A stretch of DNA of 64,000 bases. Origin: a virus. A program made the translations under genes and the position numbers. The DNA lies in the IMG/VR virus record IMGVR_UViG_3300035670_000038, positions 32,001-96,000 of that record; one strand, written 5' to 3'. The notes under the pieces are model-generated. The model was given only the letters and a program-made list of their open reading frames with translations. It was not told the DNA's origin and made no database searches. How positions within the stretch are numbered: position 1 is the stretch's first letter; every line of letters starts with the position of its first letter. This document shows, piece after piece, positions 49,150-57,447 of the stretch.

Positions 49150-49985
49150 TGTTAGAAAATATACAATACGACAGAATTCTACAACCACAAGAGGATGGTT
49201 ATGATGTACAAATTTTTCAAGAAATTAAAAAGAGTCAGGGGTATGTTCCTATTGACTATCCATCTTCTATGGTTAAGTTTCACGGAAAGGTTGCAGTCCT
49301 TCCTCCGTCCGAACATGCGGTAGATTATCTCAACAATATTAATTTTGAACGTATAGCTAATTACTATAGCGCTGCTTGGGGTCTTGGGTACAATAACGTT
49401 CGTCAATTAGTTGACGCGTATATTCCTAACATTGACCCCAACACAAACTTCAGTGGTCAACATGATGGTGTGGAATTTGGACATCCAGGTGCATGGGGTA
49501 TTATGTCCTCATTGGTGACACACGACCCCGCAGCTACGTTGGCAAACTTGGTGCACGAACTAATGCATTGGAAGTTAGTCGCACTAGGATTTGGACTTCG
49601 TGCGAACACGTTCTTCCCAACCACACAAGAATTTATTCTAAACCACGAAAGTGAATTGTGCTGGTCTATTGTGAATAGTTACGCAGACACTGCACAACCT
49701 GCCGTTGGAAATAAACCAACTGACAGACCTGTATCCGCATCTCTTCACGCATATCTTTCATTCCTTGGTGTGGCGTATACACATACCCAAGTGTTGAAGA
49801 TTGACCCAAACAACCAAGAATCGCAATGGAGAATGACACGTTGGGGTTCACGATTTGATAAGTGTTTGGATGAAATTTTTAAGGTTGGAAAGTTTACCCC
49901 GAAGGGACAACGTTTGATGATTGGTGTTGCAAAGTGGACATCTGATTTCTTCTATGAAGCACGACAAGTAGGTTACAAACTCTAG
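49149..49985 (+). CDS. HExxH-motif protein (alpha-KG/HExxH peptide-modification family-like)
   Basis: LANLVHELMHWKL; RPVSASLHAYLSF; FTPKG..L. Confidence 0.7.
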   Translation: MLENIQYDRILQPQEDGYDVQIFQEIKKSQGYVPIDYPSSMVKFHGKVAVLPPSEHAVDYLNNINFERIANYYSAAWGLGYNNVRQLVDAYIPNIDPNTNFSGQHDGVEFGHPGAWGIMSSLVTHDPAATLANLVHELMHWKLVALGFGLRANTFFPTTQEFILNHESELCWSIVNSYADTAQPAVGNKPTDRPVSASLHAYLSFLGVAYTHTQVLKIDPNNQESQWRMTRWGSRFDKCLDEIFKVGKFTPKGQRLMIGVAKWTSDFFYEARQVGYKL

Positions 49986-49993
49986 GAGGTTAT

Positions 49994-50245
49994 ATGAACG
50001 AGATTTTATTAGCTCTTATTGGTTCAATCGCAATGATAGGATGTTGGGGGGCAATTATTATGAATTACGAAAAGCAAAAGGTAAAACAAGCAAATAAAGA
50101 AAAGAATATGTACGAAACGTGTGTATCGTGTGGTGAAATGGTACATGTCCGAAAGGATACACCGATTGACCAGAGGTTCTACTATGTGGAAGGTGCTGGT
50201 CAATTGTGCCACGATTGTTATGATTATACCTATCGTAGTAAATAA
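49994..50245 (+). CDS. membrane-anchored zinc-finger protein
   Basis: N-terminal TM; CVSC...YVEGAGQLCHDC. Confidence 0.65.
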   Translation: MNEILLALIGSIAMIGCWGAIIMNYEKQKVKQANKEKNMYETCVSCGEMVHVRKDTPIDQRFYYVEGAGQLCHDCYDYTYRSK

Positions 50246-50260
50246 TATTTAATATACCAC

Positions 50261-50289
50261 TTGACAAATATATAACAATCTGTTATATT
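50261..50289 (+). promoter_or_regulatory. sigma70-like promoter TTGACA-17-TATATT
   Basis: ttgaca aatatataacaatctgt tatatt, intergenic. Confidence 0.75.
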
Positions 50290-50319
50290 TCAAGTAACCC
50301 TAACCGTAAGGAGAAACAA

Positions 50320-50526
50320 ATGCCGAAGGCGCCTGTGTTCAAGCATGGAGAGATGGTGGTGATTACGCATCCGACTGATGACCATTATCTTGATATGACG
50401 GGTGTAGTGATGCAAGAAGAGTATCGTAGTTACATCAATGACTACGTGTATTACGTCCGACTTGATGAAGATGGATATGAGATGGAATTCACGGCAGATG
50501 AACTTACACTTGAAGAGGATATGTAA
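50320..50526 (+). CDS. small SH3-like hypothetical protein
   Basis: AGGAG RBS; F..G..V...G.V...Y.V pattern. Confidence 0.6.
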   Translation: MPKAPVFKHGEMVVITHPTDDHYLDMTGVVMQEEYRSYINDYVYYVRLDEDGYEMEFTADELTLEEDM

Positions 50527-50527
50527 A

Positions 50528-50701
50528 ATGGGTAAGACTTGGAAGGACAAGAATAAGTGGGAAAAGAAGCAAGAGGGGAAGAATATCAAAAAGACAAAGA
50601 AAGAACATAAATATTCTTCTGGTAGTAATGAGGATAGAAACATCAATTATAACCGCATCTCTAGCTTCGAATGGTATGACTACGATTACGAGAACGATTA
50701 A
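50528..50701 (+). CDS. small basic hypothetical protein
   Basis: MGKTWKD..., K-rich. Confidence 0.45.
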   Translation: MGKTWKDKNKWEKKQEGKNIKKTKKEHKYSSGSNEDRNINYNRISSFEWYDYDYEND

Positions 50702-51368
50702 TTATGTAAAGGATTACGATACGTTGTCCACGATGGCTGCGGATATCGTAAGGAAGGAAATACATAGAAGCAACACAACTGTACTTGGATTACCTACTGG
50801 TGGAACTCCCATCGGTATGTATGAGAAGTTGGTGAAGGATAAGACAATTGATTGGCGATTCGTCCAGACATTTAATCTTGACGAGTATGTGGGAATTGAC
50901 CCCAACCATCCAGAGAGTTATAGAAACTTTATGGCACGGCATTTCCACAATCACGTAAATATCCCAAAAGAATATATCTACTTTCCAGACCCGAATAATC
51001 CAGAGAACTATGATGACCTCATCGCACAACGTGGGGGCATTGACCTGCTCGTAATGGGTATGGGGTCAAATGGACACGTGGCGTTTAATGAACCTGGAAC
51101 GGATATGATGTCTGAAACACATATTACGGACTTAAAGGAACAAACCATAAAGGATAATTCCCGTTTCTTCAATTCAATTGACGAGGTTCCAACCCAAGCG
51201 GTCACGATGGGACTACGAACTATCTTGGGTGCACAAAAGATATTGTTGTTGGTGACGGGAAAGAAGAAGTTAAAGGTTTTGCAAAAGGCTATCTGGAAAC
51301 CTGACTATAGTATCCCTGTATCTATTATTAATAGTCACAGAAAGGTGGAGATATTATATTGTGATTAA
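50676..51368 (+). CDS. nagB: glucosamine-6-phosphate deaminase
   Basis: LGLPTGGTP, FNLDEYVG, GGIDL...G.G.NGHVAFNEPG, NSRFF, AVTMG. Confidence 0.93.
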   Translation: MTTITRTINYVKDYDTLSTMAADIVRKEIHRSNTTVLGLPTGGTPIGMYEKLVKDKTIDWRFVQTFNLDEYVGIDPNHPESYRNFMARHFHNHVNIPKEYIYFPDPNNPENYDDLIAQRGGIDLLVMGMGSNGHVAFNEPGTDMMSETHITDLKEQTIKDNSRFFNSIDEVPTQAVTMGLRTILGAQKILLLVTGKKKLKVLQKAIWKPDYSIPVSIINSHRKVEILYCD

Positions 51369-51873
51369 TAAGTTAATGGTAGTTGCTCATCCCGACGATG
51401 AAACGTTATTCGGTGGTGGGGAACTGATTAAGCATGCAAAAGAATATAAAGTAATTGTATTAGATTATGGAAATCATATTACCCGTCATATTGAATTCCT
51501 ACGGGCAATGCAAATGATTGGTATAGAGAAGTGGGAACATTGGGATGGGGAACCCTACAAGACCTCTGCCGCATATAATGAATCTATCCTCATCCCCCGC
51601 ATAGAACGGGTCCTGGATGAGCAGAATTGGGATATGGTGGTCACTCACAATCAAGGTGGGGAGTACGGTCACTATCGGCATGTATCCACGCATAACGTGA
51701 TGGCACGGCTGTGTCCTGAGAAATTATATGTATTTAATACGGACTTGACTACTCGACTTCCCGACGATATATTACATAAGAAGCACGAGGTACTTTCTAC
51801 CGCATACCAATCGCAATATAACGTATTAAAATGGTTTCGATGGGAATATGAGGTTCTAACTAAATACCAATAA
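51361..51873 (+). CDS. PIG-L/LmbE-family N-acetylhexosamine deacetylase
   Basis: VAHPDDE, THN..GEYGH..H, Y.SQ. Confidence 0.85.
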   Translation: MINKLMVVAHPDDETLFGGGELIKHAKEYKVIVLDYGNHITRHIEFLRAMQMIGIEKWEHWDGEPYKTSAAYNESILIPRIERVLDEQNWDMVVTHNQGGEYGHYRHVSTHNVMARLCPEKLYVFNTDLTTRLPDDILHKKHEVLSTAYQSQYNVLKWFRWEYEVLTKYQ

Positions 51874-51895
51874 TTTTAATCTCTACGGTCAAACT

Positions 51896-52480
51896 ATGTA
51901 TAGAACACGAAACGGATTATCGGAGTCACGTATGGATAAGCAATACCGTGAAATGGTCAATACGCGTAGATTATATAAGTTTGAAGGAGAATTCTTTAAT
52001 CTCCTACCTTACAGATATATGACCGTACAAATGAATCTCACCACACTCAGAAATATTGCTAAAATATTGTGGAATGGGGAAAATACTACGTGGTTTTCGA
52101 TCCCTGAGGTTCGTTTCGGCAAAGGATTATATCACGGCACCGCCAGAGGCAAAAAATATTATTATAGCTGGTGTGACCGACAAACTATTGAACTCGCTCC
52201 CACTCAACGTGATATCTTGACCTTGATACACGAAATGGTACACGCATTGGGGTATGGATACCACGATACGAAATTCGTGGGGAAGTATATTGAAATGTTG
52301 GTCAAGTACGCAGGGGTTCCAAAGAAAGAACTTATCCAAGGCATGCAACACTATAAGGTCGCTCTTCCACGTAAATACAAGAGGTTATATAAATGCCAAG
52401 ACTCCCACAAGGTACCATCACGCTCACCGCGCAAAGGTGGATGGACTTCCAAACAGGGAAAGTCCAAAAAAACCCGTTAA
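51896..52480 (+). CDS. SprT-like HExxH zinc metalloprotein
   Basis: LIHEMVH....H...F. Confidence 0.6.
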   Translation: MYRTRNGLSESRMDKQYREMVNTRRLYKFEGEFFNLLPYRYMTVQMNLTTLRNIAKILWNGENTTWFSIPEVRFGKGLYHGTARGKKYYYSWCDRQTIELAPTQRDILTLIHEMVHALGYGYHDTKFVGKYIEMLVKYAGVPKKELIQGMQHYKVALPRKYKRLYKCQDSHKVPSRSPRKGGWTSKQGKSKKTR

Positions 52481-53157
52481 AAGACCAATCCATCAACGAG
52501 CAGTATTACGAAAGTCTTTACGAGGAATATAAAGAACGTCAACTTAATGAGTTTACCACGACTCGTATCATTATCCCAAAAGGTACGAAAATGATGGTGT
52601 GGAACGACCACCGTTCCTTTGTTGGGGACATGCTCACTTACATAGACTATTGGACAAACCGTGGGGAACATTACTTTCGCATCCCAAGGGGTAAGGAACT
52701 CTCGGTCGAACATATATCTAATAGAGATATTGATATTCCACTTGTTGTGTGGTCAACCGTACTCAGTCATATTATTGCCGATAAGACACGTACTACTAAA
52801 TACAGTATATTAGAGGATTCCCCTATCTATGGTCTTTGGGTCAAGATGTATGAAACTCCTACCTATATTCCACAATTAGATAAAAAGATTGTTGCCTATG
52901 GAGTATGGGAACAAGATATTTCAGACATCAATATAAAGAATAATGTGGTGTTTCCTGTTGGTGGTGCTTCGATGATGAACAATCCAAAAAGAGCATATAC
53001 AAATCCCTTAACAGGCAAAACTATTGTCCCAGGGAATACTAATATTTGGGTATGTGGATATTGTGGTGGTGATACCTCCCAAATAGAATATGATTATTTA
53101 AGTGGTACGAATCATCTATCGTGTGAATTACAAAATAGTATGGGAGCTAACTGCTAA
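52393..53157 (+). CDS. hypothetical protein
   Basis: 254-aa ORF; C-terminal CGYC...H..C. Confidence 0.55.
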   Translation: MPRLPQGTITLTAQRWMDFQTGKVQKNPLKDQSINEQYYESLYEEYKERQLNEFTTTRIIIPKGTKMMVWNDHRSFVGDMLTYIDYWTNRGEHYFRIPRGKELSVEHISNRDIDIPLVVWSTVLSHIIADKTRTTKYSILEDSPIYGLWVKMYETPTYIPQLDKKIVAYGVWEQDISDINIKNNVVFPVGGASMMNNPKRAYTNPLTGKTIVPGNTNIWVCGYCGGDTSQIEYDYLSGTNHLSCELQNSMGANC

Positions 53158-53602
53158 CACACCTATGCCTCCATATAGTCATCCTATAAACATCCAAGAC
53201 ATCTACGACTATTATAAGCTAATTAATGGTCAGTACTTGGCAAAAGAAAATGATAAGATAATAGTCTGGTATAACTACGATGGGTTACAATCTATGTTCG
53301 ATACCGTGGTCGGACTAGAAAAAGAATATAATAGTGAAATGATAGACTTTAATGGTGTAACAGAAGGATTTACTAACTATATAACAAGTCTAGAGCATTG
53401 GAAAGAATGTAAGGTAGTCGAGGGGAAAGTAGATAATATAACATATAAAACAAAAATAAAGCAAATGGAATTAAAAACTGGAATAAGTCCATATTATCGT
53501 TTTAACTATGTCAATATCCATAATGTGATATTAGCAGAACCAAAAATCCATCCTATCTATGGGGAATATGTAGGGTGGTCAACCTCGGTAATAACCCTAT
53601 GA
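53102..53602 (+). CDS. hypothetical protein (start uncertain)
   Basis: ends in HPIYGEYVGW, shared with the next ORF. Confidence 0.5.
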   Translation: MVRIIYRVNYKIVWELTANTPMPPYSHPINIQDIYDYYKLINGQYLAKENDKIIVWYNYDGLQSMFDTVVGLEKEYNSEMIDFNGVTEGFTNYITSLEHWKECKVVEGKVDNITYKTKIKQMELKTGISPYYRFNYVNIHNVILAEPKIHPIYGEYVGWSTSVITL

Positions 53603-53895
53603 CAAACTATATCGCACAGATGTTACATCCAAGTGATTTGGAGAATGTATCAATCCCACAAGGGGAAACTATTACCTTATTTAAAAATTACCATGGAATA
53701 GAAAAGTACTTTGAGGGAGATACTATCCCTGACACGCTTCTTCTACGGGTAACGGCGGTCAAGAAGGAAGGAGACATCTACCAACTATATAACGTAGGAA
53801 ATAAGGGATTTAAAAAGAGTTATTTAAAGGTATATGATACGGAACAATCTCACCCCCAATATGGGGCATATGTCGGATGGATGGTACACCTATGA
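53599..53895 (+). CDS. hypothetical protein
   Basis: ATGA-coupled; HPQYGAYVGW. Confidence 0.55.
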   Translation: MTNYIAQMLHPSDLENVSIPQGETITLFKNYHGIEKYFEGDTIPDTLLLRVTAVKKEGDIYQLYNVGNKGFKKSYLKVYDTEQSHPQYGAYVGWMVHL

Positions 53896-53997
53896 AAACA
53901 ATATTTTGGCTTATAGTATTAATCGTCGCTATAGTATTGGTAGCAACATCGGATAAGAACCCACCTGATGAGAATTGGTACTAAGGGATACAACAAT

Positions 53998-54098
53998 GGG
54001 AGTGCAGTGAAGCTGGTGGTTCGACTGATCTTCAAAATCAGTAAGTCTTATACCCAACTCCATAGACTGCGGGGTTCGATTCCTCGGCATTCCCGCCA
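53998..54098 (+). tRNA. selC: tRNA-Sec (anticodon UCA)
   Basis: 8-bp acceptor GGGAGTGC/GCATTCCC with G discriminator and encoded CCA; 6-position D stem with TGGT loop; anticodon arm ACTGAT-CTTCAAA-ATCAGT; long variable arm AGTCT...AGACT; 5-bp T stem CGGGG-TTCGATT-CCTCG (bacterial 8/5 fold). Confidence 0.95.
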
Positions 54099-54144
54099 CA
54101 TAGTAGGTAGGATAAGGCGGATATACCCCATATAGAGGTATGTC

Positions 54145-54765
54145 CGTTTTATCATTTTTACCGCCCGTTTTATCATTTTTGTGTGCGTTTTATCATTTTT
54201 CGTGAATACGGGGTCGCGGTCATATTAATATGATATATTGGTAATATCAAAATGATATCAATTCTATAGAACTCTATATCGATAAAATAAAGGCAATTAA
54301 TAGGAGCATTAGTGTTTTCGCTTCGTGAGCAAATTTTTTTATGCTTGGAAAATCGCCCCACCTCGTGAATGTAAACAAGCCTGATAAGCATGTGGATATG
54401 TGGAAAAATGATAAAACCCTAAAAGCATGATAAAACTGGATGATAAAACCATCGCCCGTATAAACCCCGAAGAATACTTTAGCTCTGAAGCAAATGTGGA
54501 TAACTCCTAATAATATGTTATATTGACACGCCCTGCTGACATTATGACATTACCCATTATTGCCCGAAGAAACACCGAAGCAATTGTAACGATTTCTCTA
54601 CCCTATTGACAATAACGGCGTGGGCTATTATCTTTATATTAGGAAAGGCTACGCCTCGTTTTATCACCTTTTGGATTCGTTTTATCATTTTTTGAGGTTG
54701 GTGGAAAATATGAACCCCACCGCCCCTGCATAGTCTATGGAGCGATGGGGAACGATAAAAATAGA
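54145..54765. repeat. non-coding block with iteron-like (C)GTTTTATCA repeats and DnaA-box matches; putative origin or control region
   Basis: CGTTTTATCATTTTT at 54145, 54166 and 54186; inverted TGATAAAAC at ~54409, 54428 and 54441; two more at ~54657-54690; TGTGGATAA at 54495. Confidence 0.65.
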
Positions 54766-54770
54766 AAAGG

Positions 54771-54983
54771 TTAGGCGTTTCGGGGCTTTAGGTTTCCGGT
54801 ATGTACGAAATGCACCCGCCCCTGCATATCCTCTACGTTACGGAATACCCCGCCCTTGCTTCCCCCTGGAATATTGACCACGCGGAGCAGCATCCCGTCC
54901 TTTAGGGTTGGGTTATAGGGCGACCAGCCCACCCAGCGATAGACCACGCCCTTGCGCACCCGATTTGCGCGATATCTAAACAT
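54771..54983 (-). CDS. small hypothetical protein
   Basis: MFRYRANR..., overlaps the upstream gene stop. Confidence 0.5.
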   Translation of the reverse strand: MFRYRANRVRKGVVYRWVGWSPYNPTLKDGMLLRVVNIPGGSKGGVFRNVEDMQGRVHFVHTGNLKPRNA

Positions 54984-55209
54984 TCTGCCGCCCCCGCGTC
55001 TGCCCCATAAACTTTTGAACGGCGCCGGTGGCGAGTAGCAGCTCCTCCGCCCCATAGACGGCGTTAGCCCCGCAGCTTTCGCACTCATACTTTCGGGCGT
55101 CGGGCTCCACGCCCTCCTGCTCCTGCCCGCAACGGACGCAGATGCCGATATAGTCATCCGCCACTGCGGCGAGGATAGAGTCGAGGGTGATGCTAGGATG
55201 GATCGCCAT
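54976..55209 (-). CDS. small zinc-ribbon protein
   Basis: C..C....GVEPDA..Y.C..C...VYGAE. Confidence 0.7.
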   Translation of the reverse strand: MAIHPSITLDSILAAVADDYIGICVRCGQEQEGVEPDARKYECESCGANAVYGAEELLLATGAVQKFMGQTRGRQNV

Positions 55210-55224
55210 TTTTTATTTTCTCCT

Positions 55225-55644
55225 TTACTTGGTAAGGTTGTAGGGCTTGGTCCAGCTTCCCACGTTTACATCGTAGTAATACGCGGTGTCGAAATAGTCG
55301 ATCTGGGCGTCGCTGTTATCGTACCAGTCCGCCGCTTTCATCGCGGGGATGATTTCGGAAAGGAACGCCAGCGACTCCCCACTATAGTGCTCCTGGAACC
55401 AGTAGGGGTTGATCGAAATCTCGTACCGCTTCCGCATCTCATCCTTGTCAATCTTGTGCGAAACATACCCAAACTGCCGCTGCTCGATCAGGTCACCGAT
55501 GAAATCGATCGACCCGCTGGTCAGCTTTAGCACGATCGTGGAATGATTGCGGACGGATAGGGATCCCTTCATTCCGTACTTAGCGAGAATGGGCTTCACC
55601 TTCGCCGCCACCTTCGCCTTGCGTTCCTGATTCATATACGCCAT
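55225..55644 (-). CDS. conserved early-type phage protein
   Basis: MAYMNQE.K, SLSVRNHST, INPY, DNSDAQIDYFD, G.W.KPY. Confidence 0.75.
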   Translation of the reverse strand: MAYMNQERKAKVAAKVKPILAKYGMKGSLSVRNHSTIVLKLTSGSIDFIGDLIEQRQFGYVSHKIDKDEMRKRYEISINPYWFQEHYSGESLAFLSEIIPAMKAADWYDNSDAQIDYFDTAYYYDVNVGSWTKPYNLTK

Positions 55645-55676
55645 CTGTCTTGCTCCGTTTGTTTGGGTTGTATTAT

Positions 55677-55704
55677 AATATAATACAATATCGGGCAGAT
55701 ACAA
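55677..55704 (-). promoter_or_regulatory. early-type promoter TTGTAT-16-TATATT
   Basis: reverse complement match; GTTACA box at 55731. Confidence 0.6.
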
Positions 55705-55859
55705 GCCCCCTGCGCATTTTTCTTTTTTTCGTTACAAACCGAACAAACACCGAAGCGGGGGGTTGTCAAGCCCTATAACGGGATTGTTACACAATTGTTA
55801 CAATCGTTTTATCACTCGGTTTTATCATCTTTTTCGTGTAAAAAGAAAAACCCCACGTA

Positions 55860-56066
55860 TTAGGTGGGGCGGAGAAAGTAGAAGCTCCAGTTTTCTGTTT
55901 CGCGTCTATAGAGTTTTGCTTTCGTTCCTTTCTTTATACCTGGGATTCCTTTCACACCGAACTGCGTGAGTGCGTAGGGTTGTTTATTCTTATCTATTAC
56001 GTTGACCCACCCATTAGGGCTGACCTCTACCACGGTCACATCTGCGATATATTTTTCATTCACCAT
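55860..56066 (-). CDS. hypothetical protein
   Basis: coupled ORF in the early array. Confidence 0.6.
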   Translation of the reverse strand: MVNEKYIADVTVVEVSPNGWVNVIDKNKQPYALTQFGVKGIPGIKKGTKAKLYRRETENWSFYFLRPT

Positions 56067-56392
56067 TAGTGCGACTCCAGGTTTATATAGTCATCCTCAC
56101 CGACCACGCCCCAGAACATCGTGGCGATCTCTTCGGGAGTATAAAGATGCGGAAGGATATTGCGTGAAGGCTGGTCGGGATCCTCACTATTCAGCTCATC
56201 GTAATAGGTGGCGATAGAGTCCTGAATAATATGAAGTGCGTAGTTATTCCCGATAAGAGTATAGGCGGAGTCTCCCCACGATACACCGCTCAGCCCATAG
56301 TCTGCGATTGCTTCCACCTCTTCATCGCTGAACCCGATATGGTCGAGGATGTCCCAAAGGGAAATGACGGTCAAAGTCTTTTTATGAATCAT
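56066..56392 (-). CDS. hypothetical protein
   Basis: coupled acidic ORF. Confidence 0.6.
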   Translation of the reverse strand: MIHKKTLTVISLWDILDHIGFSDEEVEAIADYGLSGVSWGDSAYTLIGNNYALHIIQDSIATYYDELNSEDPDQPSRNILPHLYTPEEIATMFWGVVGEDDYINLESH

Positions 56393-57066
56393 TATGCAGC
56401 CCTCCGAAGAATGGTGAACCCGCTGTTATCCTTTTTCGCTTTCCCCTTTGCCAGTAGACCGACCACCACGTTCTGCGGGTCGAGGAACCGAAGGTCAGTC
56501 TCGGTGCCGTCAATCACCGTGCGACCAAACCAAACATCGGGGAGACTATCGAACACAACCGCCACGTTCATATCCTGCGGGATAAGGTGTTCATTCTCTT
56601 CGCTACGGCTGAAGGTAAGGTGATAGTTAGAAGGAATGTTCCGACGATTAGGGATCTTTGTGTAGTCATAAAAGGTAAGGTTAGGAAACATTTCCATAAT
56701 GTTTGCGAACCCATTCACCGCGACAGTCTCCCAGCGGATATCGCTCGTCCCGTTCAAACGGAAAACGGGAGTCATCCCCTCACGGTCCGCCTTACGAACC
56801 GCCGCGTGGATATCCTTCACCAACTGCGACATAAAGTTTTCGCGGTCCTCAAAGAAAAGCTTAGTCTTACGGATGCGAGCCTCTTGAATGGCGGTGAACC
56901 GACCACGCCCCGCCGTATTGAGACACGCCGCGGTGCAACCCTTGCTCGCCATCGGGCAGGTATTGTATCCCGAAAGCCAGGACGGGGCGAGGTGAAGGAT
57001 GAAGGTAAGATACCCCATCGCCTCGCCCTTCACCGTCTTAGTGTTGCCGATAGTCAAAAACTTCAT
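56392..57066 (-). CDS. GP88-like phage protein
   Basis: CPMAS.GC...CL...GRG, RLNGTSD, FYDYTK, NYHLTFS, DLRFLDP. Confidence 0.75.
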   Translation of the reverse strand: MKFLTIGNTKTVKGEAMGYLTFILHLAPSWLSGYNTCPMASKGCTAACLNTAGRGRFTAIQEARIRKTKLFFEDRENFMSQLVKDIHAAVRKADREGMTPVFRLNGTSDIRWETVAVNGFANIMEMFPNLTFYDYTKIPNRRNIPSNYHLTFSRSEENEHLIPQDMNVAVVFDSLPDVWFGRTVIDGTETDLRFLDPQNVVVGLLAKGKAKKDNSGFTILRRAA

Positions 57067-57100
57067 TTCGTGTTTCTCCGTAGTGTAGTGGGATGATTGT

Positions 57101-57128
57101 AATATAATACTATATCCCAGGACCACAA
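57101..57128 (-). promoter_or_regulatory. early-type promoter TTGTGG-16-TATATT
   Basis: reverse complement match. Confidence 0.6.
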
Positions 57129-57209
57129 GCCCCCGATTGTAACGATTTCATTAGGGATGAGAACCATTCTCAACCGTTTTATCACGGTTTTATCATTTTG
57201 GAAAAAGCG

Positions 57210-57240
57210 AAAACCCCTAGACGGAGTGACTAGGGGTTTT
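57210..57240 (-). terminator. intrinsic terminator
   Basis: aaaacccctag...ctaggggtttt hairpin. Confidence 0.7.
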
Positions 57241-57258
57241 CTATTCGTGCCGCTCGTA

Positions 57259-57447
57259 TTAGATGAGGGTCATCAAAAGATTTCCCATCCCTACATACGT
57301 CCCATAGCGGTCACGCGTTTCGTTCGATTTTGTATAATACTTTCCCTTATATGTTCCGTTCCTATCTCGAAGCTCTTGATAGTCAGAGTAGATATAGAGG
57401 GTTCCCATCAATTGACCGTGGCGGTCACGAAGCTCTTGCGTAGACAT
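57259..57447 (-). CDS. small repeat protein (QELRDR.G repeats)
   Basis: three (E)LRDR.G-like repeats. Confidence 0.6.
   Translation of the reverse strand: MSTQELRDRHGQLMGTLYIYSDYQELRDRNGTYKGKYYTKSNETRDRYGTYVGMGNLLMTLI

Noticed and set aside
54145-54200. CRISPR array
   Set aside because: Repeats are ~15 nt with 5-6 nt spacers, far too short, and there is no cas operon.
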